64,000 nt of DNA from Spirulina sp. (GCA_044070495.1 JBIPSI010000012.1:89808-153807); one strand, 5' to 3'. Counted from the stretch's first letter, positions 1 to 10,276 are shown. Notes: generated by a model from the letters alone, not told the origin. Translations and numbers: made by a program.

Positions 1-755
1 ATCAGCTTGTCTTCGCCCTTGTCTTTCAGGAAGGGAAACACCTCCCAAGCCACCTGGCCGATCACCTCTTTGTGAGATAGGCCAGACATCTTTTCCATTG
101 GCCCATTCCAGACCTGATAGCGAAAGTTGGTATCTAGGGCAATAATGCCATCCACCGCACTCTCAATCAGCCGGTCAGAAAATTGCCGCAGTTGCACCTG
201 GTGAATGGCGTGGAACAGGTGTTGGGCCAACTGCCGCAAAAACGACAGTTCTAGCGGGCTCCAGTGGCGAGAATGGCTCTGCTGTGCCACCAAGAACCCC
301 CATACCTCAAGGGTGGAGGGGATAGTATCCTGCCATTGTGAGGGCTTTTGCCAATCTAGGCTGAGGTAGATAGGAACGAGCACACTGGCCTGAATGCCTA
401 GGGCCGAGAGCATGGTCTGCTCGCAGGGGGTCAGATCGGCCTTAGTCAGATCATCAATGGCCCTAGGCGTTTGCAGGGTTGCCTCCGCCAACCAGCGCTG
501 TAGGCACTGGGAAAAATCAACGGAATTGTCCGGCAAGGGGGGCAAGATAGCCTTGGTCTGCACAGCCGCTGCCTGAGCCTGACCAGAGGCATCCATCTGG
601 TAAATGACGACCCGGTCAGTTCCCAGCAGCTTTTGGACATCATCCACGGTGTTTTGCAGAATTTCCTTCAGGCTATCGGCCTGGTACAACCGTAGGGCCG
701 TCGCAGAAACAAAATCCAAAAAGTGGGGCGCACCACTGGGGCTAGGCAGACTCAT
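1..755 (-). CDS. GAF + PAS sensor protein (N-terminal part; runs off window start)
   Basis: Manual translation from ATG at 755: MSLPSPSGAPHFLDFVSATALRLYQADSLKEILQNTVDDVQKLLGTDRVVIYQ...LTPCEQTMLSALGIQASVLVPI...VWGFLVAQQSHSRHWSPLELSFLRQLA (GAF), then LIESAVDGIIALDTNFRYQVWNGPMEKMSG (PAS). Overlaps the NACHT gene by 14 nt. Confidence 0.85.
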   Translation of the reverse strand, partial: MSLPSPSGAPHFLDFVSATALRLYQADSLKEILQNTVDDVQKLLGTDRVVIYQMDASGQAQAAAVQTKAILPPLPDNSVDFSQCLQRWLAEATLQTPRAIDDLTKADLTPCEQTMLSALGIQASVLVPIYLSLDWQKPSQWQDTIPSTLEVWGFLVAQQSHSRHWSPLELSFLRQLAQHLFHAIHQVQLRQFSDRLIESAVDGIIALDTNFRYQVWNGPMEKMSGLSHKEVIGQVAWEVFPFLKDKGEDKL

Positions 756-3057
756 ACTGCACCTCTCGCACGAATAGGCATTGTTCAAGGGTTTGGATTC
801 TGTCGGCGGTGAAGGATCGGTTGTGTCGCAAACTATCCACCAGCAGCCGCTGCATGTGGTAGTAGGTGCGCGTAGACTCGTCCGTAGACCCGCCCGTAGA
901 TCCATTCGTAGACCCGTCCGTAGACCCGTCCGTAGACCCATCACCCCAATCGCCACTCCAGCCGCGATAGCGGAACACGGCCTCCTGAAGACCTTGCCAC
1001 CACGCCGCCCCCTCGGACTCGCACCAGGTCGCCAAGTCCCCCTGCTCTTCCAGCACATCCAGCAGTTGAGTCTGGAGTTGGCTCAGCGCATCTGCCAAAT
1101 CCTGCCCCAGGGAAAATCGCTGGTGCAGATCCATGGCAAAGGCCAGGTCAAACCCCCGCTGCCCATCGGGAACCCTCAGCCAGTGCCGAGCCTGGTGCAG
1201 CAGGCGTATCAGGGCCTCATCTAGGGCGAGGCTGGGGGGCAAATCTACCGCCAGTCGGGCCTCTAAGGCGGTAGCTAGGTCGATTCCCTGCTCCAACCGC
1301 AGGCCCAGGTAAAATCCCCGCAGCGCCGCTGGATGATAGTCCTCGGCGATGGCTTCCGCCTGATCTTTGGCCCAACCTACCAGCGCCATCAACCGGGGAT
1401 GGGCTAGGACGTACTGCTGGCTTTGTCGCCAGAGGGCTTCCCACAGGGCGTCGGGTTGGGGCACCATTTCCACCGTGAGGAGGATCACCTCCCGCCAGCG
1501 GGCATCGGCAACGTGGCTGGCCAGGTCGGCCCAGTCCTCGGCCCCGGTTCTTTGCAGCGCCGTTAAGGCCCATCGGCGGGCGGTGAGGAATTCCTGAAAG
1601 CTGAGGTGGGCAAAGGCATAGCTGCCCAATTCCCGCTCCGTCAACATCCCGTAGTGTTCAATCAACACTTGCAGCATGGCTTTGCTGTCGGCCCACAGCC
1701 GCTCTAGGGTATCGCCCTGGGCACCCCGATTCACCAGGCTTTTGGCAATCAGACCCAGCAGTTCCGCCTCTTCTAGCACCACCCGGCCCTGCTCAAAGCT
1801 GTGGGCCGCAACGTCGGCCAAAACTCCGGTCAAATCTAGGGGAGATAGGTGTCGTAGGGGGTGGCTGCGATGGATGCCCCGCTGCTGATCCCACTGCCCC
1901 AGCAGCAAATCTAGCGCCTGCTGGTACAGTTTGCTGCGCTGCTCTGGAAACTGGCCAAACCGCTGAAAAACCAGACACATCAAATGCAGCAGGATGGGGG
2001 TGAGGGCCATTTCCCGCAGGCGGTCGTTCTCTGGGTGGTTGAGGGTTTGCAAGCAGGTTTGGGCAAACCATTCTCCCTGGATGGGCTGGCTGGCCGCAAA
2101 CCACTTATAGACAAAGGCCTCGACCTGTTGGGGGGCAAATTCCGTCAGTTCCAGGGTGACTAAGCCATTAAGCTGGGGCAGAGGCCCACCGCTGCGCCCA
2201 GATATCAGCACCCGCAGGCCGGGGTAGGTATCCAATAGGGCCTGGATTTGCTGCGTTACGGCCCGATGCTGCTCTATGGGAAGTTCGTCCCAGCCATCCA
2301 GCAAGAGCCAGATCCGGCCCTGCTGCCACAGATGATCCACTTGCGATGGGCTTAACCCACTGGCTAACCAGCGCTGGTTGAGGTACTGCTGCACAGGGAT
2401 GTCCGTCTCAGACACCAGGGCCAACTGACGTAGGCGCAGAAAAACGGGCAGGTAAGCCATCCCGTCGCCCCGCCAGCCATCGGCGCTGATTTCCAAAACC
2501 AGATGCTGCAACAGGGTGGTTTTACCCGCCCCCGGCCCCCCCACGATCAACACCCGCGAGTGGGGCTGTATGGCTTCGGTAGCGGGTGTTTTGGCGAGGC
2601 TAGCCGCTGCTCCAAACCGTTGGTGGGGCCGTAAATAGGCTTCTGTGTAGAGTTGGGCCAGGGTGATGGGCTGGTGCAGATCGAGGGGGATCTCCAGCAG
2701 GTGGCACTGGGATTGGGCCAGGGTGATCAGGTGCAACCGCGCCTCGGCTAAATCACCCGCTGGGTTCTCGGCGGTCGAGGCAACGGCAGCCTGGGATTCC
2801 TCCGCCACCAGATCCGGCGTATCTGCAACAAAGGCGGATCGGTCAACAATATCTTCCCAATCCAGATCCAGGGTGAAACAGATATCGATAAAAATGTGGC
2901 GTTCTACCGGACGCCCAGAAAAAAATTTCCACACCGACTGACGGGTTTGCAAACCCACCTCAGCCGCCAAATATTCCTGGGTCCATCCTCGCAAGTCAAA
3001 GGCTCGCTTGGCCCTAATGATGCCGTCTTGAGATGCCTTGAACGACCGTTTCGCCAT
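742..3057 (-). CDS. NACHT (STAND) NTPase with N-terminal HTH
   Basis: N-terminal HTH (WTQEYLAAEVGLQTRQSVWKFF), Walker A GGPGAGKTT, Walker B LLLDGWDE, TPILL and FAHLSFQEF motifs. Confidence 0.9.
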   Translation of the reverse strand: MAKRSFKASQDGIIRAKRAFDLRGWTQEYLAAEVGLQTRQSVWKFFSGRPVERHIFIDICFTLDLDWEDIVDRSAFVADTPDLVAEESQAAVASTAENPAGDLAEARLHLITLAQSQCHLLEIPLDLHQPITLAQLYTEAYLRPHQRFGAAASLAKTPATEAIQPHSRVLIVGGPGAGKTTLLQHLVLEISADGWRGDGMAYLPVFLRLRQLALVSETDIPVQQYLNQRWLASGLSPSQVDHLWQQGRIWLLLDGWDELPIEQHRAVTQQIQALLDTYPGLRVLISGRSGGPLPQLNGLVTLELTEFAPQQVEAFVYKWFAASQPIQGEWFAQTCLQTLNHPENDRLREMALTPILLHLMCLVFQRFGQFPEQRSKLYQQALDLLLGQWDQQRGIHRSHPLRHLSPLDLTGVLADVAAHSFEQGRVVLEEAELLGLIAKSLVNRGAQGDTLERLWADSKAMLQVLIEHYGMLTERELGSYAFAHLSFQEFLTARRWALTALQRTGAEDWADLASHVADARWREVILLTVEMVPQPDALWEALWRQSQQYVLAHPRLMALVGWAKDQAEAIAEDYHPAALRGFYLGLRLEQGIDLATALEARLAVDLPPSLALDEALIRLLHQARHWLRVPDGQRGFDLAFAMDLHQRFSLGQDLADALSQLQTQLLDVLEEQGDLATWCESEGAAWWQGLQEAVFRYRGWSGDWGDGSTDGSTDGSTNGSTGGSTDESTRTYYHMQRLLVDSLRHNRSFTADRIQTLEQCLFVREVQYESA
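871..942. repeat. 12-bp tandem repeat x6 (cgtagacccgtc) within the NACHT CDS, encoding GST(D/N/G)
   Basis: Directly visible; protein reads DGSTDGSTDGSTNGSTGGSTDEST. Confidence 0.9.
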
Positions 3058-3561
3058 GGTTTTTCCGGATATACAGCACTTCCCACTTCAGCAAAGGACA
3101 CACCAGGGGATTAGTGCCCTTCGATAGACCGCCAACCACCCTATAGCGCTGCTCTGTCTAATGAGGTACATCCTTGTGGGGGCAAATGGCTTGATGACAA
3201 GGGGCATGATCCCCTTGCCTGTACCTCACGGGCGTGAGAGGCGCTGTATCTTGAGTTCGTAGCAAGTAATTGCTTTCTAAACCACTTTTCTAAGCACCAT
3301 CCTCCAGAACCGGAAATAAACCAAGAAGACAGACAAAAATCAGTATTTATGCCGTCATACTGAACCCGAGTCTATTTTTCCCTTGAGGCTTTACGTAGGA
3401 TCACGCAAGTATCATAGACATTTGACGGCATTTCCCAATCCATAGCGATACCTGGCAATCGCGATACCTGGAGAGGATACCAAAGCTTACTTGGCGACCC
3501 CCGTTCCCCAGGGATGCATTGCAGCGAATCAATTGGTATAAAATCGCCGTTTACGCCTAAT

Positions 3562-6495
3562 CTACTTCGCTTCCATCCAGTTGGGGCCAGTGTGGGCGTC
3601 TACCTTTAGGGGCACTTTTAGGGTAACGGCAGATTCCATGGCAGCGGTGATTTTGGGTTGCAGTTCGTCCCATTCATCGGGGGGGATTTCAAACACCAAT
3701 TCATCGTGAACTTGCAGAAGCAGATTGGCCTGGTAGTCCTTCAGGAGTTCATGCAGGCGAATCATAGCGATTTTGATGATATCGGCACTGCTGCCCTGGA
3801 TAGGAGCGTTGGCGGCGGCGCGTAGCAGTCCGGCTTCGTAGCCGTTGGTGCGAAGTTTATCGAGGTCGATGGTGGCAGGGTCGGTGCCGTAGAGAGAACG
3901 CAGTTTGCCATCCGTGAAATTGAAGTAGCGTCGCCGTCCGCAGAGGGTTTGCACATAGCCCTTGGCGATGGCCTCCCGCTGCATTTGTTGCAGGTATTCA
4001 AACACCTTGGGATAGCGCTCGTAGTAGCGGTCGATGAAGGTTTTGGCCTCGGTGCGGTTGACGCCAGCCTCGCGGGCAAAGCGGGACGCCCCCATGCCGT
4101 AAATCACCCCAAAGTTGATGATTTTGCCGAGGCGACGTTCTTCCGTGGAAATATCATCTTTTTCTAGCAATAATTTAGCGGTGAGAGCGTGAACATCGTC
4201 ATTGTTGTTGTAGGCCTCGACGAGGACAGGTTCACCGCTGAGGTGGGCCAGAATTCGTAGCTCGATTTGGGAATAGTCCGCCGCCGCCAGTTGCCAGCCC
4301 TCGGCGGGAATAAACGCCGCCCGAATTTGCCGACTAAAGGCCGTACGAATGGGAATATTTTGCAGGTTGGGGTTCGATGACGACAGCCGCCCCGTGGCCG
4401 TCACCGCCTGATTAAAATCGGTATGCACCCGGTGAGTATCGGGCCGAATCAGGAGGGGCAAAGCATCCACATAGGTGGATTTAAGCTTAGACAGAGTGCG
4501 GTGGTCGATGATTAAATCTACAAATGGATGACCTTCAAATTTTTCTAGAGTGGCAGCATCAGTAGAGTAAGCACCGGACTTGGTTCTGCGAGACTTCTTT
4601 TTATCCAAGCCCATTTTCTCAAAAAGAATTTCGCTGAGTTGTTTGGGAGAGGCCAAGTTAAAGGTTTCCCCGGCTTCCTCGTAGGCTTTTTTCTCAATGT
4701 CGGCCAGGTCAGTTTCTAGCCTTTTTGAGAACGTGGCTAGGTAATCCGCATCCACCCGCACGCCAATGGTTTCCATTTCCGCCAACACGGGTTCTAGGGG
4801 CAGTTCAATATCGGTAAATAGGCTGTACAGATCCGGATTTTCTTCCAGTTCTGCCCTCAGCTTCGGCACCAGCAAATAGGTCGTGTGGACATCGGCCCCG
4901 CAGTAGTTCGCTACGGCAGGAATGGCAATATCCGCGATAGTTTTTCCCTTGGGCACCAGATCGGTGTAACTCTGGGCAACCAGGTTGAGATAGCGCAGAC
5001 TGAGATCAGTTAAATTGTGGCTCGATTCTGGATTCAGCACATAGCTGGCCAGCATCGTGTCAAAGGTGACTCCGGCCAGTTGGATGCCCTGATTTCGCAG
5101 CACTAAACGGTCGTACTTGGCATTTTGCAATGCTTTAGGAAATTCGACATTTTCCAGAATAGGGCGCAATGCTTCTAGGACGGTTTCCAGTGGTAACTGA
5201 TCGCCCTCAGAATGGCCCACGGGAATGTAGGCCATCTGATCCCGACCACTGCCCCAACAGCAGCCAATCCCCACCAACTGGGCATCCCTCGGTTCCAACG
5301 AGGTCGTTTCCGTGTCCCAAGCAACGGGGTTTTCGGGGTTGGTTTGGGCCGAAAGAATATCCAGCAACTCATAAAGCTGGGCTTCTGTGGTAACAATCTG
5401 GGGCCGAATCGCCACCGCCTGCACCGCCTGGGCCTCGTCCGTTTCTGCTGCCGAAAAAAACGCAACGTCCGCCCCTAAACCATCCCCCGAATCCGGCTCC
5501 AAATTGGACTTCTGACTCCCAACTCCCGACTCCCGACTCCCGACTCCCGACTCCCCTCCAAAGGCCACCTGCAACTTGCCCAGGCGGTTAATAAAATTCT
5601 GAAACTCCAGCTTCTTCAGTGCCGGAATCACCACATCGGGGTCGAAACCTGTGAGTTTGCAGGTGGCTAAATCCGCCCCCAACTCCACATCGGTAACGAT
5701 TTTGGCCATAAACCGCGAGTGGTAGGCGGCCTCCTTGCCTTCGATCAGCTTTTTCTGGGTGGCTCCCTTAATATTGTCAATATTGGCGTAAATCGTATCT
5801 AAATCGCCAAATTCCGCCAGCAGTTTGGCCGCCGTTTTCGCCCCAATCCCCTTCACGCCAGGGATGTTGTCGGAAGAGTCGCCGCACAGCGCCTTGTAAT
5901 CCACCACCTGGGAAGGCAGAATATCCAGCTTCGCCTTCACCTCATCGGCCTTAAACTCCTGGGCTAGGCCGTTTTTGGCCCCTTTGGCAAAGGCGTTACC
6001 CAGGTGCAGCACGGTGATCTGCTCCTCCGGGTCGATGAGCTGAAACAAATCCTGGTCGCCGCTGAGGATCTTCACCCGCAGACCCGCTGCCTTGCCCTGG
6101 TGGGCCAGGGTGCCAATCACATCATCAGCCTCAAAGCCCGGTGCGGTATAGATATTTAGGCCAAAATCTGTCAGCAGTTCTTGCAGATTGTTGACATCCT
6201 CAATGAAGCCCTCCGGCGTTTCGGGACGGCCATCCTTGTAGGTAGTGTCCGCTTCGTGGCGAAAGGTGGGCTGGGCCAAATCGAAGGCCACGGCGGCATA
6301 CTGGGGCTTCTCTACCTCCATCATGTCCAGCAAGGATTTGAGGAAGCCGTAGCAGACGCTGGTGGGTACCCCCGTGGAGGTACGCAGGCCGCCCTCGGCA
6401 TTTTTGGCAAAGGCATAGAAGGAACGAAAGGCCAGGGAATGGCCATCGACCAACAGCAGGGTGGGCGTTTCGGTGGAGGAAGAGGGGGCAGCCAC
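3562..6495 (-). CDS. polA: DNA polymerase I
   Basis: LLLVDGHSLAFRSF 5'-3' exonuclease; DYSQIELRILAHLS, INFGVIYGM and LQVHDELVFE polymerase motifs. Confidence 0.98.
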   Translation of the reverse strand: MAAPSSSTETPTLLLVDGHSLAFRSFYAFAKNAEGGLRTSTGVPTSVCYGFLKSLLDMMEVEKPQYAAVAFDLAQPTFRHEADTTYKDGRPETPEGFIEDVNNLQELLTDFGLNIYTAPGFEADDVIGTLAHQGKAAGLRVKILSGDQDLFQLIDPEEQITVLHLGNAFAKGAKNGLAQEFKADEVKAKLDILPSQVVDYKALCGDSSDNIPGVKGIGAKTAAKLLAEFGDLDTIYANIDNIKGATQKKLIEGKEAAYHSRFMAKIVTDVELGADLATCKLTGFDPDVVIPALKKLEFQNFINRLGKLQVAFGGESGVGSRESGVGSQKSNLEPDSGDGLGADVAFFSAAETDEAQAVQAVAIRPQIVTTEAQLYELLDILSAQTNPENPVAWDTETTSLEPRDAQLVGIGCCWGSGRDQMAYIPVGHSEGDQLPLETVLEALRPILENVEFPKALQNAKYDRLVLRNQGIQLAGVTFDTMLASYVLNPESSHNLTDLSLRYLNLVAQSYTDLVPKGKTIADIAIPAVANYCGADVHTTYLLVPKLRAELEENPDLYSLFTDIELPLEPVLAEMETIGVRVDADYLATFSKRLETDLADIEKKAYEEAGETFNLASPKQLSEILFEKMGLDKKKSRRTKSGAYSTDAATLEKFEGHPFVDLIIDHRTLSKLKSTYVDALPLLIRPDTHRVHTDFNQAVTATGRLSSSNPNLQNIPIRTAFSRQIRAAFIPAEGWQLAAADYSQIELRILAHLSGEPVLVEAYNNNDDVHALTAKLLLEKDDISTEERRLGKIINFGVIYGMGASRFAREAGVNRTEAKTFIDRYYERYPKVFEYLQQMQREAIAKGYVQTLCGRRRYFNFTDGKLRSLYGTDPATIDLDKLRTNGYEAGLLRAAANAPIQGSSADIIKIAMIRLHELLKDYQANLLLQVHDELVFEIPPDEWDELQPKITAAMESAVTLKVPLKVDAHTGPNWMEAK
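5514..5555. repeat. Heptamer tandem repeat (gactccc)x6, in frame within the polA linker
   Basis: 42 bp visible; encodes GESGVGSRESGVGSQ. Confidence 0.9.
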
Positions 6496-6581
6496 GGCAA
6501 TACTCAGTCTTGGGATGGGGACTTCTATTGTAAGGGGTGGGCTGGCGGTGAAGGCGATGGGGGATAAGCCTTGTGGTGGAA

Positions 6582-6614
6582 AGATCCCAGGGTTCTTGAA
6601 GAACCCTGGGATCT
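6582..6614. repeat. Palindromic (REP-like) hairpin agatcccagggttct-tga-agaaccctgggatct
   Basis: 15-bp arms; near-identical copy at 22999-23031, related copies at about 7128 and 12145. Confidence 0.8.
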
Positions 6615-6702
6615 ATAAAGCGTGGAAGCCTTAGATGATTGGATCTTCACCCCATGAGGTGGCCTTGCAGTTCTGGATACCTTGGAAACAGCCTATCCAC
6701 AA

Positions 6703-7014
6703 TTACTTCAGACATTCCCAGTCTTCTTCGTCAACGATGGGGCTAACAATGTCGCCTAGAATTTTGGCCTTGCCTGCAATGGAAGCCGCAGGAGAACGGC
6801 GTTTCAAGGGAGCAGGGGATTCTTCCTCGTCTTCTTTCTCGAAGATGGTGACGCGGGAAGCCTCAAGAAACTGTCGCTGCACGGAGATTGTGGATTCTTC
6901 CTTGTCTGCTTCCTCTAGGATGGTGACGATGATGCGGGCTGAGGTGACTTGGGGTTGGTCGGACAACCATTTGAGTTGCCCGTTGTCGTAGATGGCTTCG
7001 TAGCTTTTCAGCAT
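6703..7014 (-). CDS. Antitoxin AF2212/DUF104-like small protein
   Basis: MLKSYEAIYDNGQLKWLSDQP N-terminus; C-terminal KILGDIVSPIVDEEDW typical of antitoxin tails; GGAGG RBS. Confidence 0.6.
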   Translation of the reverse strand: MLKSYEAIYDNGQLKWLSDQPQVTSARIIVTILEEADKEESTISVQRQFLEASRVTIFEKEDEEESPAPLKRRSPAASIAGKAKILGDIVSPIVDEEDWECLK

Positions 7015-7225
7015 GGCATGTACCTCCCGATTGAGGGATGGGGCTTACGTTGACGCTAGCACAGGGAATAGTGGCCTGGTGCTGGGTAATGTTGGTATGG
7101 GCTGAGCGCTGTGAGTAGAGAAGAGAGAAGCCCGGATTCTTGAAAAATCTGGGGTTATGGGAACCTATGCGTGATCTCAGTGTTAGGATGGGCAGCAATC
7201 GCGGTGGTCTGGCGGCGAGGGGCTA

Positions 7226-8197
7226 TCAACGAAGCACCACAATCGGGTCTTGGCCTTGGGCCAGGATGGCAATCTGGCGGGTTTGGGGCTGGAGGAGGGC
7301 GATCTGGTGCCCTCCAAGCTGAAAGATCGCTAGGTCTCCAGTTAGGTGGGTAACGTAGCGAATTTGCCAAGACAACATCGGAGTTTCTAGGGCCAGGTGA
7401 AATCGTTCATTCTGGCTAGTTTTTTGGCCTGTTAATCCAGGCTTTGAGCGATTGAGAAAATATTGCCAGTTACCCGTTTCGGCCTTGGATATTCCCTGCG
7501 GAGGAAGCAGTTGGGGCACGGGGCCAAAGCGGTCTACCCGTTGGGGTTCCAGATCGGCAAAGACCTCTGGGGCAACGTGCTCAGCCCCAGTACCATCCAA
7601 ATTGATTTGCATAGGCTGGCCCTCCAGGGTTTTGAAATACAGCACGTAGGCCGCACTGGGCTGCAACTGCTGGGCAGGCACCAGACTGAACTGAGTCAGC
7701 AGAGTGGTTTGGCTACTGAGGGCATACCACCCCACCAGCACCAGATAGCTGATGCTGTGGATGAGTAAGTTGGCCTTTAGCGCCGTTTTGGCGGCCTGGG
7801 GCTTCTGTCGAAACAGCGCCCACACAAAGGGATACTCCATCACCAGGGTGATCACCAAGGCCAGCCCCAGCGCCCCCAGCAACCAACCCCAGGCCGTCGA
7901 TAAAGCCACCCTGGGATGGTTCGATAGCCACCCCGGCAACAGCGCCAACCCCACCCAGGCCGAGGCCAAATTCGCGAACACCATCACTCCAAACGACAAT
8001 CGCCGGGGGGTATGGAATACTCTGGCAAGAATCCCGGACTCCAGATAGCCAATGCCCAAGTTGCCCAACATCAAGGGCCAAAACCCCACCCACAGCATGG
8101 CGCTGCCACTATTGGCCTGGGCAGGGTGGGGCCAGAGGGCCAGGGCAAAACCTAGGCAGAGCCAGCGTAGGGGGAATTGTTTTAGACAAGTTAGCAT
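7226..8197 (-). CDS. Hypothetical membrane protein (signal peptide, about 4 TM, soluble C-terminal domain)
   Basis: 323-aa ORF with AQA signal cleavage and hydrophobic helices. Confidence 0.75.
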   Translation of the reverse strand: MLTCLKQFPLRWLCLGFALALWPHPAQANSGSAMLWVGFWPLMLGNLGIGYLESGILARVFHTPRRLSFGVMVFANLASAWVGLALLPGWLSNHPRVALSTAWGWLLGALGLALVITLVMEYPFVWALFRQKPQAAKTALKANLLIHSISYLVLVGWYALSSQTTLLTQFSLVPAQQLQPSAAYVLYFKTLEGQPMQINLDGTGAEHVAPEVFADLEPQRVDRFGPVPQLLPPQGISKAETGNWQYFLNRSKPGLTGQKTSQNERFHLALETPMLSWQIRYVTHLTGDLAIFQLGGHQIALLQPQTRQIAILAQGQDPIVVLR

Positions 8198-8326
8198 TCG
8201 TCACCCTCGGAACAAGGAAATGGGAAGCCTGTATTTTGCGATTGGTAGGATAGGTTAACGCCAGCGCAATGAATCATTTTTTGTGATTCTTAGGCACAAT
8301 TTTCAGCATTGAACCAGGCATCAACA

Positions 8327-9037
8327 TTAATCAAGATTGGTGTATGTAAATTCAATGCTGCCATCGCGAGTGCTACAGATCGCCGCACGATATTGTCCAC
8401 CAATGCGAGTGACCCCACAAGTACCCTCTTTTTCAGCGGTTTCGCCGTTATACATCACCCCAACTACGCGATAGCTCAAACCATGACCCATCTCAAATTC
8501 AGAGGCCGTGGTGGTCACAAAGGAAAAGGGCTGATTGTCAAAGTAGTAGCTAAAGACAAGGGCACCTTCGGAGGGCATCATGGTCATGCGAAAGGCTTCA
8601 CATTGGAGAGGATTACTGCCTTGGGTATGGCATCGGGTGGGGCGGTTATCGTGATGAATAATTTGGAGATCGTCCGATGCCTGGGCAGTGGCAGAAGGGA
8701 CTGGTGGGGAAGTCACTGGCATAGAACTCGCACTGGGCGCAGGTGCCGGAGGAGCGGCCTGGGGGGCTTGATTTCCACCGCCAATTTGCTGAAGAAAAGA
8801 ATCAACGGTATTGATGGTTTCAATGACCGCACCTGCATCCCGAATAGCATCACCAATTTGGCGAAAAATATTGGCGACTAAAACAGAATCGGATTCAGTG
8901 ACAGATGCAGATTCAGTCCTTTGGGCGGCGGCAACACTAGGAGAGTGCCCCAAAAGGGAAACCAGCAGGATACCGGAGAGGCTGAGTCTATGGGCAAAGC
9001 TGGCACTTTTACGATAACGGGTCGTTAAGAATAGCAT
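8327..9037 (-). CDS. Hypothetical secreted protein (VAN-motif family)
   Basis: Signal peptide, VLVANIFRQIG segment, Pro-rich linker, C-terminal domain with 4 Cys; GAGGA RBS. Confidence 0.75.
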   Translation of the reverse strand: MLFLTTRYRKSASFAHRLSLSGILLVSLLGHSPSVAAAQRTESASVTESDSVLVANIFRQIGDAIRDAGAVIETINTVDSFLQQIGGGNQAPQAAPPAPAPSASSMPVTSPPVPSATAQASDDLQIIHHDNRPTRCHTQGSNPLQCEAFRMTMMPSEGALVFSYYFDNQPFSFVTTTASEFEMGHGLSYRVVGVMYNGETAEKEGTCGVTRIGGQYRAAICSTRDGSIEFTYTNLD

Positions 9038-9085
9038 TGTGTTGTCCTCGTTAATGATTTGAGTGTAATCATGCTCAAGGTGGTA

Positions 9086-9112
9086 TATTTCTCACCCGTT
9101 TGAGCCTATTCA
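9086..9112 (-). promoter_or_regulatory. Bipartite motif copy TGAATAGG-N12-AGAAATA
   Basis: Plus strand tatttct-cacccgtttgag-cctattca, about 50 nt upstream of the 9037 start. Confidence 0.7.
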
Positions 9113-9174
9113 ATATCAGGGCCTTGTTTGCATCAGGGCATTCATCAACTGCTGAATACTGCCTTGATGGATAT

Positions 9175-9609
9175 TCAGTGGACGGCTAGCCTCTTCTTCT
9201 TTGTCAAACTGTGGAGGGTATTCACCATAGTCAGGATTGAGGTCATAAAAGCAGCATCACGAGAGAGTATCCTATCCGCAGCCGCCATGTATCGCATAAA
9301 CCCGCTATCGGTCGCGAGATTGTAGCCGCGAGGTGACAAATTAGCCTTTTGTAAGGCTTCATAGCCATGGCGAACCATTACAGCGCAGTTGGATCGAACC
9401 ATCGCGACAATTCCCTGTCCGGACTGCATGGATGAGGGCAACGCCGCTTCGCAGGTGTCCGAAGCATTTTCCATGGCTTCCGATAGATCAGCGATGAAGT
9501 GACTGGGCGCATGGTGTGCTGAAACGTGTTTGGGAATCATCGCACCCAGCGTAAAGGTGCTGGAAATACAGGTAAGAACTATTAGCTTGGTTAGCTTTTT
9601 TATGGGCAT
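9175..9609 (-). CDS. Hypothetical secreted protein
   Basis: 144-aa ORF with signal-peptide-like N-terminus (...KHVSA). Confidence 0.6.
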   Translation of the reverse strand: MPIKKLTKLIVLTCISSTFTLGAMIPKHVSAHHAPSHFIADLSEAMENASDTCEAALPSSMQSGQGIVAMVRSNCAVMVRHGYEALQKANLSPRGYNLATDSGFMRYMAAADRILSRDAAFMTSILTMVNTLHSLTKKKRLAVH

Positions 9610-9666
9610 GAGAAATTCTGGAGATGGGCAGTATTAATCAAAACAAAAGGATCAATTCTTCCTTAA

Positions 9667-10206
9667 TCAATCCTGTCTACACGCTGCAATTCTGTGTCTT
9701 AGGCAAATGTCTACTTCGTCGCTACTGCTGGAATTATCAGAACTATCCCCATTCTCCAACAACCACAAAATTATTGCGGCGGCGGCCTCCGCCTGGGCAG
9801 CTTGCCGAGCCCGCTGCTCTGCCAGATAGGCCTGCTGCTGTTCAGGGGTGAGGCTTTCAAAGTACTGGCGCTGGCGTTCGGCTTCTAGCTGCTGCTGCTC
9901 AGCCGCCGCTTGACGGATGGCCTCTTGCTGTTGAATCTGCTGTTGTCGAACGGCCTCCCATTCTCGTCGCTCTTGCTCTCGCTGCTGCCGCTCAATTTCC
10001 CGCTGCACTTGTTGGGCACCACGGTTGATGTCTCGGAGAATATTGCCAAGGTTAGCGACCATGACAGGCTCAGACGAATGAGACGTGGTCTGCATGGTGG
10101 CCTGGGTGGCCGCACTGGCAGGGGGCGACCCCACCAATAGGGAGGCCAGCGCTAGGGCGGGCACCCCCAGGGCTAGGGTCAGGTAACGAGGGGATAGATT
10201 CTGCAT
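9667..10206 (-). CDS. Hypothetical secreted Gln-rich coiled-coil protein (VAN-motif family)
   Basis: Signal peptide, VMVANLGNILRDI, FESLTPEQQQAYL. Start placed at MQNL after a GAGGA RBS (ORF track start 10221). Confidence 0.75.
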   Translation of the reverse strand: MQNLSPRYLTLALGVPALALASLLVGSPPASAATQATMQTTSHSSEPVMVANLGNILRDINRGAQQVQREIERQQREQERREWEAVRQQQIQQQEAIRQAAAEQQQLEAERQRQYFESLTPEQQQAYLAEQRARQAAQAEAAAAIILWLLENGDSSDNSSSSDEVDICLRHRIAACRQD

Positions 10207-10249
10207 GGGACATATCCTCATAAATACGTTAGGGTCAATTATTTGCTTC

Positions 10250-10276
10250 TAGTTCTGGGTCAAATAAACTTATTCA
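10250..10276 (-). promoter_or_regulatory. Bipartite motif copy TGAATAAG-N12-AGAACTA
   Basis: Plus strand tagttct-gggtcaaataaa-cttattca. Confidence 0.65.

Noticed and set aside
3446..3470. gcgatacctgg direct repeat between the NACHT gene and polA
   Set aside because: Only two copies, with no supporting context.
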